A DNA stretch of 34,458 nt. Origin: a virus. Taxonomy: Duplodnaviria; Caudoviricetes. This document shows positions 1 to 7,364 of the stretch, in pieces; within the stretch, counting starts at the first letter, position 1, and each line of letters opens with the position of its first letter. The notes beneath the pieces are model-generated. The model saw only the letters and a program-made list of their open reading frames with translations, searched no databases and was not told the origin of the DNA. The stretch spans positions 1 to 34,458 of the IMG/VR virus record IMGVR_UViG_3300031965_000101. One strand, 5' to 3'. Both the position numbers and the translations under genes were made by a program.

Positions 1-2
1 GG

Positions 3-290
3 GGTATTGTCAATGGGGACATAACTGTGATTGACTACAAAACAGGAAAAGCCCATTGGTCGGAAGGATTAAAATTGGCGGCATACGCCAGTCTTTTATG
101 CTCCAACCGGTCAGAGTGTTGCATACCGGATAGCTACGATGCACTAAAAATTAAGCGTATTGCAATCGAGTTGACTGCAACTGGCCGCTACAACGTGAAA
201 CCATTTGGCGATGATGATATGGCGGCATGGCGTCATGCGTTGATTTTGTACGTACATAAAAAAAACAAAGAGAGAGGATCACATGTCTGA
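3..290 (+). CDS. PD-(D/E)XK nuclease-family protein, C-terminal part (5'-truncated by window edge)
   Basis: The frame is open from position 3 (GIVNGDITVIDYKTGK). The IDYKTG motif plus a downstream LAAY helix is typical of RecB/Cas4-like phage exonucleases. Confidence 0.65.
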   Translation, partial: GIVNGDITVIDYKTGKAHWSEGLKLAAYASLLCSNRSECCIPDSYDALKIKRIAIELTATGRYNVKPFGDDDMAAWRHALILYVHKKNKERGSHV

Positions 291-984
291 GTTGATAATC
301 GCAGAAGAGGAAATCAAAGCGGAACACTCGGCGTTGGAACGGCGGGCGATGGAATTAGCCCAAAATATCCGCACGGAGGAGGATTACAATATAGCCGGGG
401 AATTTTTGGTCGGTCTCAAAACCGCGATGAAAGCATGGGATGAAAAAATCAATCCCGTCGTAAAAGCGGCGCGGATAGCGCGGGATAAGGCGCTTGCGCT
501 CAAAAATGAAATTCGTCTGCCGCTCAAACGCGCAGAGCTAAAAATCAAACCTGCCCTTGCGCAGTATAACGAAAGGAAGGAGCAAGAGAGACGGAGGGAA
601 CAGGAGCGTATAAATGCACAGCTCCGTGCAGAAGCGCAAGCGCGGCAAAGGGCGGCAGAGGAAGAGCGCAGAAAAACAGAAATCATCCTGCCGGAAGGCG
701 TGAAACGAGAGGAAAAACCGCCAATCCCTTTACCGGAAGTCCCTCAGGTGATCCTTCCTAAGAGTGCCGTGCCGCGGGGTATTTTTCACTTTGATTACTA
801 CAGCGCGGAGGTTACCGACCTTGTCGCGCTCATGCAGGCAGTCATCGAGGGGAAGGCCCCCGCCGAGGCCGTCCAGCCGAACATGAGCTTTCTTAACAAG
901 CGCGCATCAGTACTCAAGGACATGTTGAAGTGGCCTGGCGTGGTAGTCAAACGGGAACGCAGGGTAGGGGGGAGGGTAGTCTGA
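283..984 (+). CDS. Coiled-coil phage protein of the recombination module (function unknown)
   Basis: 233-aa ORF with GAGGA SD, overlapping the upstream stop. Long E/R/A/Q-rich helix and a C-terminal 'WPGVVVKRE' motif seen in phage recombination-region proteins. Confidence 0.6.
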   Translation: MSELIIAEEEIKAEHSALERRAMELAQNIRTEEDYNIAGEFLVGLKTAMKAWDEKINPVVKAARIARDKALALKNEIRLPLKRAELKIKPALAQYNERKEQERRREQERINAQLRAEAQARQRAAEEERRKTEIILPEGVKREEKPPIPLPEVPQVILPKSAVPRGIFHFDYYSAEVTDLVALMQAVIEGKAPAEAVQPNMSFLNKRASVLKDMLKWPGVVVKRERRVGGRVV

Positions 985-1163
985 TGACGCTTGGGAATGA
1001 CCACGTCAACGAGACGCACCGTAGAATTCTATCGGATTTTCTACGGGCGCTTGCTGCTGTCATCGAAAATGCCTCCTGCCATGAGCTTGAGAATGAACAG
1101 GAGTCGGCGAGTGGAGGGACAATTCACAGGGCAAGCAGTTTGGAAAAAAAGGAGAAAAAATGA
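984..1163 (+). CDS. Hypothetical protein
   Basis: ATG at 984 overlaps the upstream TGA, and the ORF ends in an ATGA overlap with the next gene (translational coupling). Confidence 0.45.
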   Translation: MTLGNDHVNETHRRILSDFLRALAAVIENASCHELENEQESASGGTIHRASSLEKKEKK

Positions 1164-1843
1164 GTTATAAAGAATGGTTTCTAAGTCCGAGCGCGTTAAG
1201 CGTGTTCAGGAATTGTCCCAGATGTTTTTGGCATGAAAGAGTTAAAAACATCAAGCGCCCGCGCGGGATTTTCCCATCTCTGCCTGGTGGGGTTGATCGG
1301 GTCGTAAAAACCGCGATGGATCAACTACGGGGAAATGGGGAACCCCCGCCGCTCAATTATGATATTGCGCCCCAGGGGTTGTCTTTTTTTTTGGATCAGA
1401 AACAACTCGACCAGTGGAGAAATTGGCGCAGTGGATTGAAATGTCAGATTGAGACAGCGGATGTTGTTTTGTCGGGCGCCCTGGATGATCTGCTTTTGCA
1501 TGAGGGGAAATATGTTCCGTTCGATTACAAAACAAAGGGGACGCCCACAAAACAAGAGGACGCTGAGAAATACTACCAACCGCAACTTGATTGCTACGGG
1601 TTGCTGTTACAAAAGAAAGGCCTGGAAGTCGCGAACTTTGGAATCCTGTTATACTTTTCGCCGTGTCAAGGAAGCGGCGACGGGCCTTTGTGGGCTCAGC
1701 AGACAATCCTCATGTCTGTCGACCCAAGACGCGCGGAAGCTCTTGTCTCCGCCGCCGCCGCTTGCCTTAATGGCGAAAAACCAAAATCGTCGGTCACATG
1801 CGAATACTGTAAATGGCTTGCGGATATGGAGGGCGCGAAATGA
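1160..1843 (+). CDS. PD-(D/E)XK (Cas4/RecB-like) exonuclease
   Basis: N-terminal LSPS..L..F..CPRCF, central GALDD..FDYKT, QLDCY, and C-terminal CEYC (Cas4/AddB-like Cys arrangement). AGGAG SD. Confidence 0.85.
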   Translation: MSYKEWFLSPSALSVFRNCPRCFWHERVKNIKRPRGIFPSLPGGVDRVVKTAMDQLRGNGEPPPLNYDIAPQGLSFFLDQKQLDQWRNWRSGLKCQIETADVVLSGALDDLLLHEGKYVPFDYKTKGTPTKQEDAEKYYQPQLDCYGLLLQKKGLEVANFGILLYFSPCQGSGDGPLWAQQTILMSVDPRRAEALVSAAAACLNGEKPKSSVTCEYCKWLADMEGAK

Positions 1844-2181
1844 AGCTTGGCAAAAACCAGGCGGATGTTGACTGCCGCGTCGAAAAGGTGTATTTGAACA
1901 ACGAGAATAAGCGCGGTGGATCGGAGCTCCGATTGGTGACATGGATCATCAACGGAAAACCGAGACATCCGCGGCTTGAACGGAGAGTTTACTTTTACAA
2001 AGGCGAGGAAATGACAAAGTGGATTGGCAAAGCAAAGGGGTTCGATTTGACGGACATGAAATTGATCAGGGAAAATATGGACGATATAATTGCTCGAATG
2101 GAGAAAATCGAACATGGCAAAAAAGATGAAGCGGAGCACGACAGAATCGAAGACGAGGAAATCCCCGCCTGGCAAGATTGA
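1840..2181 (+). CDS. PC4/YdbC-like single-stranded DNA-binding protein
   Basis: Start taken at the ATGA overlap (1840). Pattern ELRLVTW...PRLERR...KAKGFDL resembles the PC4 fold. Acidic C-terminal tail (IEDEEIPAWQD) as in SSBs. Adjacent to a nuclease. Confidence 0.55.
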   Translation: MKLGKNQADVDCRVEKVYLNNENKRGGSELRLVTWIINGKPRHPRLERRVYFYKGEEMTKWIGKAKGFDLTDMKLIRENMDDIIARMEKIEHGKKDEAEHDRIEDEEIPAWQD

Positions 2182-2218
2182 TCCAGCTTACCGCGACGTT
2201 ATCATCTTAGGATAACGC

Positions 2219-2599
2219 ATGATCCGCGGAAAACCGATCCAGGGCTGGCAGATCGTCGTTGACCATATAAACGACACGTGGAAAAAAAGAAAAAGGTCTG
2301 AGTACGGCTATCCGTTTGTTGGACGCGATCTTAAAGACCTGCGCCATTTTTGTTTGGTGTATCATCAATGGGGGATCATGGCGCTGTGGGACTGCTACCT
2401 CGCCGGCGCGGATGACTGGACGGTCAAACATGGATTTTCTCTGGCAGAGTTTTACCGCCAGCTCCCCCGATTGGTTGACCAGCCGTGGAAACAACGTGCT
2501 GCGATGTATGAGCCGCTCTTCCCCGCCAACCCCCCGCCGCCCGTTACGGAATTCATCAATAAAACACACAATTTTAGGCGGAAAAAAGAACGGGCTTGA
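2219..2599 (+). CDS. Hypothetical protein
   Basis: 126-aa ORF preceded by AGGA. Trp-rich helical protein with no family recognised. Confidence 0.6.
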   Translation: MIRGKPIQGWQIVVDHINDTWKKRKRSEYGYPFVGRDLKDLRHFCLVYHQWGIMALWDCYLAGADDWTVKHGFSLAEFYRQLPRLVDQPWKQRAAMYEPLFPANPPPPVTEFINKTHNFRRKKERA

Positions 2600-2633
2600 T
2601 GTAAAATATATGTTACATTGCCAAAAAAAAGAC

Positions 2634-2662
2634 TTGACAAATTATGAACCAGGGGGTATACT
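2634..2662 (+). promoter_or_regulatory. Sigma70-type promoter
   Basis: TTGACA (2634-2639), 17-bp spacer, TATACT (2657-2662). A-tract UP-like element upstream. AAGGAGG SD and ATG at 2700 downstream. Confidence 0.8.
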
Positions 2663-2699
2663 GATAGTGTAGGAAGAAGAAAAACAAGGAGGCTCGACA

Positions 2700-2813
2700 A
2701 TGAACGCATTAGATGGATTGAGACGGGAAATCGAAAGAATGGAAATCATGATCCAGCAGTGTCAACAAGCGGAAGTCCGCGTTTTGGGACGAAAAAAGGC
2801 GGGCTCGAAATGA
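2700..2813 (+). CDS. Small hypothetical protein (37 aa, not in ORF track)
   Basis: MNALDGLRREIERMEIMIQQCQQAEVRVLGRKKAGSK. AAGGAGG SD upstream, and its stop overlaps the next ATG (ATGA at 2810). Confidence 0.6.
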   Translation: MNALDGLRREIERMEIMIQQCQQAEVRVLGRKKAGSK

Positions 2814-3226
2814 AAAAATTAACGGTTGAGGATATTCTAGCGGGTGCGGCGTATGCCGTGGATCATCCTGAAAAGTATGACCAAGGGCGATGGTGTGGCA
2901 CGGCGTGTTGCGTACTCGGTCACGCACGGGCGCTAGTGGGGAGTGATCAGCTGGATCGTGGGCTACGTGACGATGAGTTTTCCCCGACGAATAAGAAGGA
3001 AAGCATGATTAGGGATATGCTGCCGTGGACTCATGAGGACACAGCCGCGCTGCTCCCTCATGTTGGGGATGACGGCGTGCTCCGTGTCCCTGCTGAGGGG
3101 ATAGGGCTTTTTGGGGCGGGCGCGCATGTGGGGCAGGGCGCGATTGTGGAGCGAGGCGCGATTGTGGGACCGGACGCGCATGTGGGGCAGGGCGTGCGCG
3201 TGAGACGGGGTGAGGTCTATGAGTGA
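2810..3226 (+). CDS. Hypothetical protein with C-terminal hexapeptide (left-handed beta-helix-like) repeats
   Basis: Start at the ATGA overlap. N-terminal YDQGRWCGTACCVLGHA motif. C-terminal GAHVGQ/GAIVER/GAIVGP/DAHVGQ hexapeptides. Confidence 0.65.
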   Translation: MKKLTVEDILAGAAYAVDHPEKYDQGRWCGTACCVLGHARALVGSDQLDRGLRDDEFSPTNKKESMIRDMLPWTHEDTAALLPHVGDDGVLRVPAEGIGLFGAGAHVGQGAIVERGAIVGPDAHVGQGVRVRRGEVYE

Positions 3227-3395
3227 TCCGAACTTGCCAGAAGGCGTGACGCAACGGGACATTGACGCGACAGCCGGCGAAACGTTTGATCCTAATTTGT
3301 GCGAGCATGAGTCGATGACGTGCGAAAATTGCGGGGAAGATTTTCTCGAAATCTTACGGAAAACGGCTTGCAGGAATTGTGGGAACTCCCTATAA
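3219..3395 (+). CDS. Small protein, SDPNLPEGVT family copy 1, with C-terminal Zn-ribbon
   Basis: MSDPNLPEGVTQRDID followed by CENC and CRNC. GAGG SD. Confidence 0.65.
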   Translation: MSDPNLPEGVTQRDIDATAGETFDPNLCEHESMTCENCGEDFLEILRKTACRNCGNSL

Positions 3396-3410
3396 ATGGA
3401 GTTCGAGCCT

Positions 3411-3447
3411 CCACCGCCGCTCCGTTGCAGGACGCGGGCGGCGGTGG
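3411..3447 (+). other. Stable intergenic hairpin (terminator-like or RNA-processing element)
   Basis: CCACCGCCGC (3411-3420) is the reverse complement of GCGGCGGTGG (3438-3447). The following U-tract is weak (GATTT). Confidence 0.45.
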
Positions 3448-3494
3448 GGATTTGGGAAAGACAATGAAATCGAAAAAACAAGGAGGAAAATAAA

Positions 3495-3695
3495 ATGATC
3501 GCAACGTCAAATCCGATGAGTAGGAAATATACAAAGGAGGAACGTCAGTTGATGGCACGGTGGAATTTTTACCATGCGTTCAGATGTTTAACCGCCCAGA
3601 AAGAGAGCTTAGGAGCTCCGCGCTTTATGTTGGCGTGGGCGTTTTTCCGCTCTGGCATCAGACATGCCGTGGCAGGCAGGAAGCGGTCATGGTAG
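3495..3695 (+). CDS. Hypothetical protein
   Basis: Strong AGGAGG SD; 66 aa. Confidence 0.6.
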   Translation: MIATSNPMSRKYTKEERQLMARWNFYHAFRCLTAQKESLGAPRFMLAWAFFRSGIRHAVAGRKRSW

Positions 3696-3919
3696 GGGGA
3701 GAGAGATTCGTCCTTTGCCTCTTTGGTCATAATCCAATATTATTTTTGGATAAACCCATGTGTCCGCTATGTGATACCGTCCAGCGGAACCTGATGTTGC
3801 AAGACGAAGTGCAGGCACTGTCTGAGGCTCTTGATAAAGCGAAGCAAGAGATTGACGACGCGCGGAAAATAATCGAAGGGCGGGAAGATCAGCTCCCGCC
3901 AAAGGAATTAATCTTATGA
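3689..3919 (+). CDS. Hypothetical protein (CxxC plus coiled coil)
   Basis: Likely start at ATG 3689, overlapping the upstream stop. CLFGH...CPLC followed by a heptad region. Confidence 0.55.
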   Translation: MVGGERFVLCLFGHNPILFLDKPMCPLCDTVQRNLMLQDEVQALSEALDKAKQEIDDARKIIEGREDQLPPKELIL

Positions 3920-4110
3920 GGCTAAAAGCTATTGCGGTGTTCATTTCTATTGTGCTGATTGTCGTTTGCAATGTCTTTATCAGCATGATGTTTGCAACAT
4001 TTCCAAAAAATGTCGAATCCTATGGAGAGAGAAACGGCGAATGGACAGCGACGGAGAAACGACAAATTATCGAATTACTGGAACGCATAGAAGAAAATAC
4101 ACGAGACTGA
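3916..4110 (+). CDS. Small membrane-anchored protein
   Basis: N-terminal hydrophobic helix (AIAVFISIVLIVVCNVFISMMFA). ATGA overlap and AAGGA SD. Confidence 0.6.
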   Translation: MRLKAIAVFISIVLIVVCNVFISMMFATFPKNVESYGERNGEWTATEKRQIIELLERIEENTRD

Positions 4111-4120
4111 AAGGAATTAT

Positions 4121-4324
4121 ATGCCTGAAAATAAAAGAGCATTCGCGCTAACACTCTCAATGTCGGAGAGGGACAATCCAATCTGGCGGGTCGGAAAGAC
4201 ATTATCAGACAAGGCCGGGATGAGAATGAAAGGGAAAAATTACCATGCTGTGCTTGATGCGGCGGAAATGGAACTTTACCGCCAGATAGAAAAATGCGCG
4301 AAAAAAGACAAGGCCGCAGAATAA
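4121..4324 (+). CDS. Hypothetical protein
   Basis: AAGGA SD; 67 aa. Confidence 0.55.
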   Translation: MPENKRAFALTLSMSERDNPIWRVGKTLSDKAGMRMKGKNYHAVLDAAEMELYRQIEKCAKKDKAAE

Positions 4325-4338
4325 AAGACGTACCGACA

Positions 4339-4476
4339 ATGATTCGGAATTTATCCGGAGCGGCGTGTGCAAAATGCGGCATGGTGTTTTTGCCGACAGA
4401 TGAAATCATCGTTACGCAACTTGCCAGCATATCAAACAAATGGACAGCCACGTACCGACACGAAAGGTGCGGTTGA
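4339..4476 (+). CDS. Small Zn-binding-like protein
   Basis: MIRNLSGAACAKCG...HERC (CxxC...HxxC). Start position uncertain. Confidence 0.45.
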   Translation: MIRNLSGAACAKCGMVFLPTDEIIVTQLASISNKWTATYRHERCG

Positions 4477-4485
4477 GTTATCTCA

Positions 4486-4622
4486 TGTCATACGGCAGCG
4501 TGCTGATTGCGGGATTGTTCATAGGTTTTGTTTTTAGGGGCGCGTGGGATAGGAGAAAACCCACCCGCGTTGAACTGAAAAATTGCGCGGCGGCGCTTTA
4601 TCGTTGGGAAAAATCAGAATGA
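4486..4622 (+). CDS. Small membrane protein
   Basis: MSYGSVLIAGLFIGFVFRGAW hydrophobic segment. Stop overlaps the next ATG. Start uncertain. Confidence 0.4.
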
Positions 4623-4831
4623 AGGCGCGAGCGGTCAGTGAAAATCAAAGCAGAACAGGAATCAAACATTATAAATGTCTTTGTTGTTTTGAGTTAGTAC
4701 GCCTGCCGAAATTTGGAGAATCGTTTGAATGCGGATGTTCTCAAAAAGTGTGCGAATATACAAAAATAATTACCTGTCGCGATCACTGTTCGTGCGAATT
4801 CCATTTGAATTATGAAAGGATAAAAAAATGA
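4619..4831 (+). CDS. Small Cys-rich protein
   Basis: ATGA overlaps at both ends; multiple CxC/CxxC motifs. Confidence 0.5.
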   Translation: MKARAVSENQSRTGIKHYKCLCCFELVRLPKFGESFECGCSQKVCEYTKIITCRDHCSCEFHLNYERIKK

Positions 4832-5058
4832 GCGATCCAAACCTACCAGAAGGCGTGACGCATAGAGATATCGACAGAATCGGAGAGCCATTACCGTTAA
4901 CCGAGGAGCCGGAAGATGTGATTTATGGTAGGGACGGGGATAAAATATCGTGTGTTCGTGGGGATTTTTTTGACCTACAAAGCTGGCCTTGTGGATTTGG
5001 AAATACTGAAGAAGAAGCTCTTGAAGATTTAATTAGGCAGGAGAACGACGACAAATGA
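4828..5058 (+). CDS. Small protein, SDPNLPEGVT family copy 2
   Basis: MSDPNLPEGVTHRDID followed by an acidic domain (DLQSWPCGFGNTEEEALEDL). AAGGA SD. Confidence 0.7.
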   Translation: MSDPNLPEGVTHRDIDRIGEPLPLTEEPEDVIYGRDGDKISCVRGDFFDLQSWPCGFGNTEEEALEDLIRQENDDK

Positions 5059-5234
5059 AAATCTGGTGCAATCATTCTGGTCCATACAAATATAGTGAAT
5101 ATATTAATTATTGCACAGGATGTGCCAGGGAAATTACCGATTGGTTTTGTATCGTCGCGTCTGATCTAAAACAGGTATGGTATGGAAAAAGGAACAAAAA
5201 ATATCGTGAAGCTGTCGGGCATAAAAATCCTTAA
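5055..5234 (+). CDS. Small Cys-containing protein (59 aa, not in ORF track)
   Basis: MKIWCNHSGPY...CTGC. ATGA overlap and AGGAG SD. Confidence 0.45.
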   Translation: MKIWCNHSGPYKYSEYINYCTGCAREITDWFCIVASDLKQVWYGKRNKKYREAVGHKNP

Positions 5235-5349
5235 ATTTCGTGGAATGATTTGCCCTCTTTGTGATTCAAAATTTATCAGCCAGGAAGATACTGGGCTGAA
5301 CAAAGTTTATCATTGCCATGCCTGTGGGCATACGTGGGTTGATAACTGA
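5182..5349 (+). CDS. Small Zn-ribbon protein (55 aa, not in ORF track)
   Basis: ...ICPLCDS...YHCHACGHTW is a classical zinc ribbon. Start uncertain. Confidence 0.5.
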   Translation: MEKGTKNIVKLSGIKILKFRGMICPLCDSKFISQEDTGLNKVYHCHACGHTWVDN

Positions 5350-5352
5350 GAA

Positions 5353-5676
5353 ATGAAAATGAGCGAAAAGATTGATCTTGACCATTTCATGCGGGCGACG
5401 TTGCCGAAAATTAAGAAATTTTATGAGGGGCGGTATTATCCTCTGTACACGACGTTGATTGTGGCTCTCGAACAATCAGTCAGGGAGCGAAACGAGATCA
5501 TTAATCCATGCGTATGGGAGGAAGATTGTGACGGAAACTGGGAAACATCGTGCGATCAAACGTTCTGCCTGGATCATGGTTGTCCATCAGAAAATGGAAT
5601 GAAATATTGCTGTTACTGCGGCAAGCCGCTTGTTGAGAAACGATATGCCGAGGAAGATGGATCGAAAGAAGAATAA
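5353..5676 (+). CDS. Hypothetical protein with C-terminal Zn-ribbon
   Basis: CVWEED...WETSC...KYCCYCGKPL, a pattern common in phage small proteins. Confidence 0.65.
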   Translation: MKMSEKIDLDHFMRATLPKIKKFYEGRYYPLYTTLIVALEQSVRERNEIINPCVWEEDCDGNWETSCDQTFCLDHGCPSENGMKYCCYCGKPLVEKRYAEEDGSKEE

Positions 5677-5688
5677 AAAGGAGATAAA

Positions 5689-5982
5689 ATGCCTAAAAAC
5701 GCAAAATACGTGATCGTGAGAACGTCCTCTGCTGGTGTGTTCGCGGGTTATTTAATGCATCGGAATGGGCAAGAGGTAACCCTGCAAAATGCCCGGCGTC
5801 TCTGGTATTGGGCGGGCTCCGCGTCCTTATCCCAACTTGCTGTCACGGGGACATCCGATCCTGCGAACTGTAAGTTTCCGGTCGCCGTCCCAGAGGTCGA
5901 GCTGTTTCAGGCAATCGAAATCCTGACCGTTACGCCTGCCGCACAAAAATCAATCGAAGGGGTACTGGTATGGAAAAAATAA
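5689..5982 (+). CDS. Conserved phage protein (DUF6948-like, small beta-barrel)
   Basis: YVIVRTSSAGVFAG...LQNARRLWYWAG..SLSQLA..G is a recognisable phage family. AAGGAG SD. Confidence 0.75.
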   Translation: MPKNAKYVIVRTSSAGVFAGYLMHRNGQEVTLQNARRLWYWAGSASLSQLAVTGTSDPANCKFPVAVPEVELFQAIEILTVTPAAQKSIEGVLVWKK

Positions 5983-6257
5983 CTTCCGGGTCCGGGTCCG
6001 GGTCCGGGGACGGGTACGGGTCCGGGTCCGGGTCCGGGTCCGGGTACGGGTCCGGGTCCGGGTCCGGGTACGGGTACGGGTCCGGGTCCGGGGACGGGTC
6101 CGGGTACGGGTACGGGGACGGGTCCGGGTACGGGTACGGGTCCGGGTACGGGTCCGGGTCCGGGTCCGGGTACGGGGACGGGTCCGGGTACGGGGACGGG
6201 TCCGGGTACGGGTCCGGGTCCGGGTACGGGTCCGGGTCCGGGTACGGGTACGGGTAA
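5970..6257 (+). CDS. Gly-X repeat protein ((S/Y/D)-G)x45
   Basis: MEKIT followed by 90 residues alternating S/Y/D with G. AAGGGG SD. Overlaps the end of the upstream gene. Confidence 0.6.
   Translation: MEKITSGSGSGSGDGYGSGSGSGSGYGSGSGSGYGYGSGSGDGSGYGYGDGSGYGYGSGYGSGSGSGYGDGSGYGDGSGYGSGSGYGSGSGYGYG
5985..6254 (+). repeat. Tandem hexanucleotide repeat (TCC/TAC/GAC)GGG x45
   Basis: Read directly from the sequence: 270 bp with only three unit variants, every Gly codon GGG. Confidence 0.95.
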
Positions 6258-6263
6258 ATTTGA

Positions 6264-6367
6264 GGCATGACCGATGTGGCGAGACACATCCGGTAACGGT
6301 GAGGGTAGCAGGTCTATGAAAATCGCGCGGTATCCCTCGGAGCAGGTTTGACTCCTGCGTCATGCCA
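6264..6367 (+). ncRNA. tRNA-like structured RNA 1 (8-bp acceptor, 5-bp T-stem)
   Basis: GGCATGAC/GTCATGCC closing stem; ATGTG-GCGAGA-CACAT hairpin; GCAGG-TTTGACT-CCTGC T-arm directly abutting the 3' acceptor strand; internal GAGGG/CCCTC stem. Intergenic. Confidence 0.7.
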
Positions 6368-6374
6368 CACTTTG

Positions 6375-6404
6375 GCCCGCGTCAGTGATTCGTTCACGGC
6401 GGGC
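6375..6404 (+). terminator. Hairpin downstream of RNA 1 (possible terminator or processing stem)
   Basis: GCCCGC...GTGA-TTCGT-TCAC...GCGGGC; weak U-tract. Confidence 0.35.
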
Positions 6405-6428
6405 GAGATTTGAAAGGAGACGAAAAAA

Positions 6429-7124
6429 ATGAAAATAGGAAATAATCACGTACACCTACGAGATCGAACAATGGAATTGAAGTGGGAACAAAAACTCGAC
6501 AGAGGGGAGGACTTCACAGATAACGGATTTTATATTGAGATTTCCAACCTAGCGGTCGAAAAGGAAGTGTGTGCGGTCGTCGATGGGATCCCTACATATA
6601 TCGCAGAGGTATTCGACTCGTCGAATGAAAATCATCGAATCTACCCGAACTTCGATTTTTGGAAAGGCGATGACGACGCAACAAAAAATAAATCCATCGT
6701 CGGCCCCGTCGTGTGGGAATTTGATTTTTGGTATGACCTTCAACTCACAAAAGGTCAATGGTTTTCCATTGCCACTCTCAATAATGGCAATCCTACGACT
6801 CAACAGCATAGACCTGTCACTGTCAATATTGTCGGGGAGTATCCGCAAATCACAATCGAGCACACGCCGCAATTCGGGAGCCATATTTATAAACGTTTGG
6901 TCACAAGCAAGGTTGAAACGAAACGATGGATAACGATCAGGCTTGAATTTGAAATGTCACGAACAGGATATCTCGATGTATACATGGATGATCGTTTGTG
7001 GGCGACAGCCGAGATTCGCAAGCTCCCGCCCTTTACCGGCGGACACTTGGGATTCTACGGCAGCCCTGATATTTCCGTCGGGAAGGTCATGAACCGAAAC
7101 ATCCGGTTTTATGGATTAACATGA
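6429..7124 (+). CDS. Beta-sandwich protein, possibly polysaccharide lyase-like / ConA-like
   Basis: 231 aa, aromatic- and beta-strand-rich, with 'KRWITIRLEF...TGYLDVYMDD' resembling jelly-roll lyase/lectin folds. AAGGAG SD. Function tentative. Confidence 0.45.
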   Translation: MKIGNNHVHLRDRTMELKWEQKLDRGEDFTDNGFYIEISNLAVEKEVCAVVDGIPTYIAEVFDSSNENHRIYPNFDFWKGDDDATKNKSIVGPVVWEFDFWYDLQLTKGQWFSIATLNNGNPTTQQHRPVTVNIVGEYPQITIEHTPQFGSHIYKRLVTSKVETKRWITIRLEFEMSRTGYLDVYMDDRLWATAEIRKLPPFTGGHLGFYGSPDISVGKVMNRNIRFYGLT

Positions 7125-7136
7125 AGGAGAATAAAA

Positions 7137-7364
7137 ATGGAAGAACATAAACTTACGGCGGAAATAAAATCAGAAATCGACAGCATGTCTCATTATGAAA
7201 TGTGTCGTATTTGGAGGTTCGCGCAGCCTGGGAGTAGACTCACATCGGGAGAAACAGGCGATTATTTTTCAAATAGACAACCAAATGCCTCGATATGGAG
7301 CAATTCGTCAAGAAATGATGAACATCGCGCGGTTTTTTTCGGAAAATTGTCCTCCGTCTCGTGA
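7137..7364 (+). CDS. Hypothetical phage protein, probably with a truncated or chimeric C-terminus
   Basis: AAGGAG SD. IDSMSHYEMCRIWRFAQPG...GETGDYF looks like a conserved phage family. The sequence after YFSNR overlaps the next gene out of frame. Confidence 0.55.
   Translation: MEEHKLTAEIKSEIDSMSHYEMCRIWRFAQPGSRLTSGETGDYFSNRQPNASIWSNSSRNDEHRAVFFGKLSSVS

Noticed and set aside
5985-6254. CRISPR array
   Set aside because: Contiguous 6-bp units without unique spacers; no cas operon. The Cas4-like nuclease is a common standalone phage gene.
5907-6363. Minus-strand ORFs encoding (PG/PV)n, (PD/PY)n and (RT)n
   Set aside because: These are shadows of the stop-free hexamer repeat. All neighbouring genes are on +, and only the + Gly-X frame has an SD and coupling.
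6264-6367. tRNA-Sec (selC)
   Set aside because: The 8/5 geometry matches, but there is no TCA anticodon loop or GCCA end.
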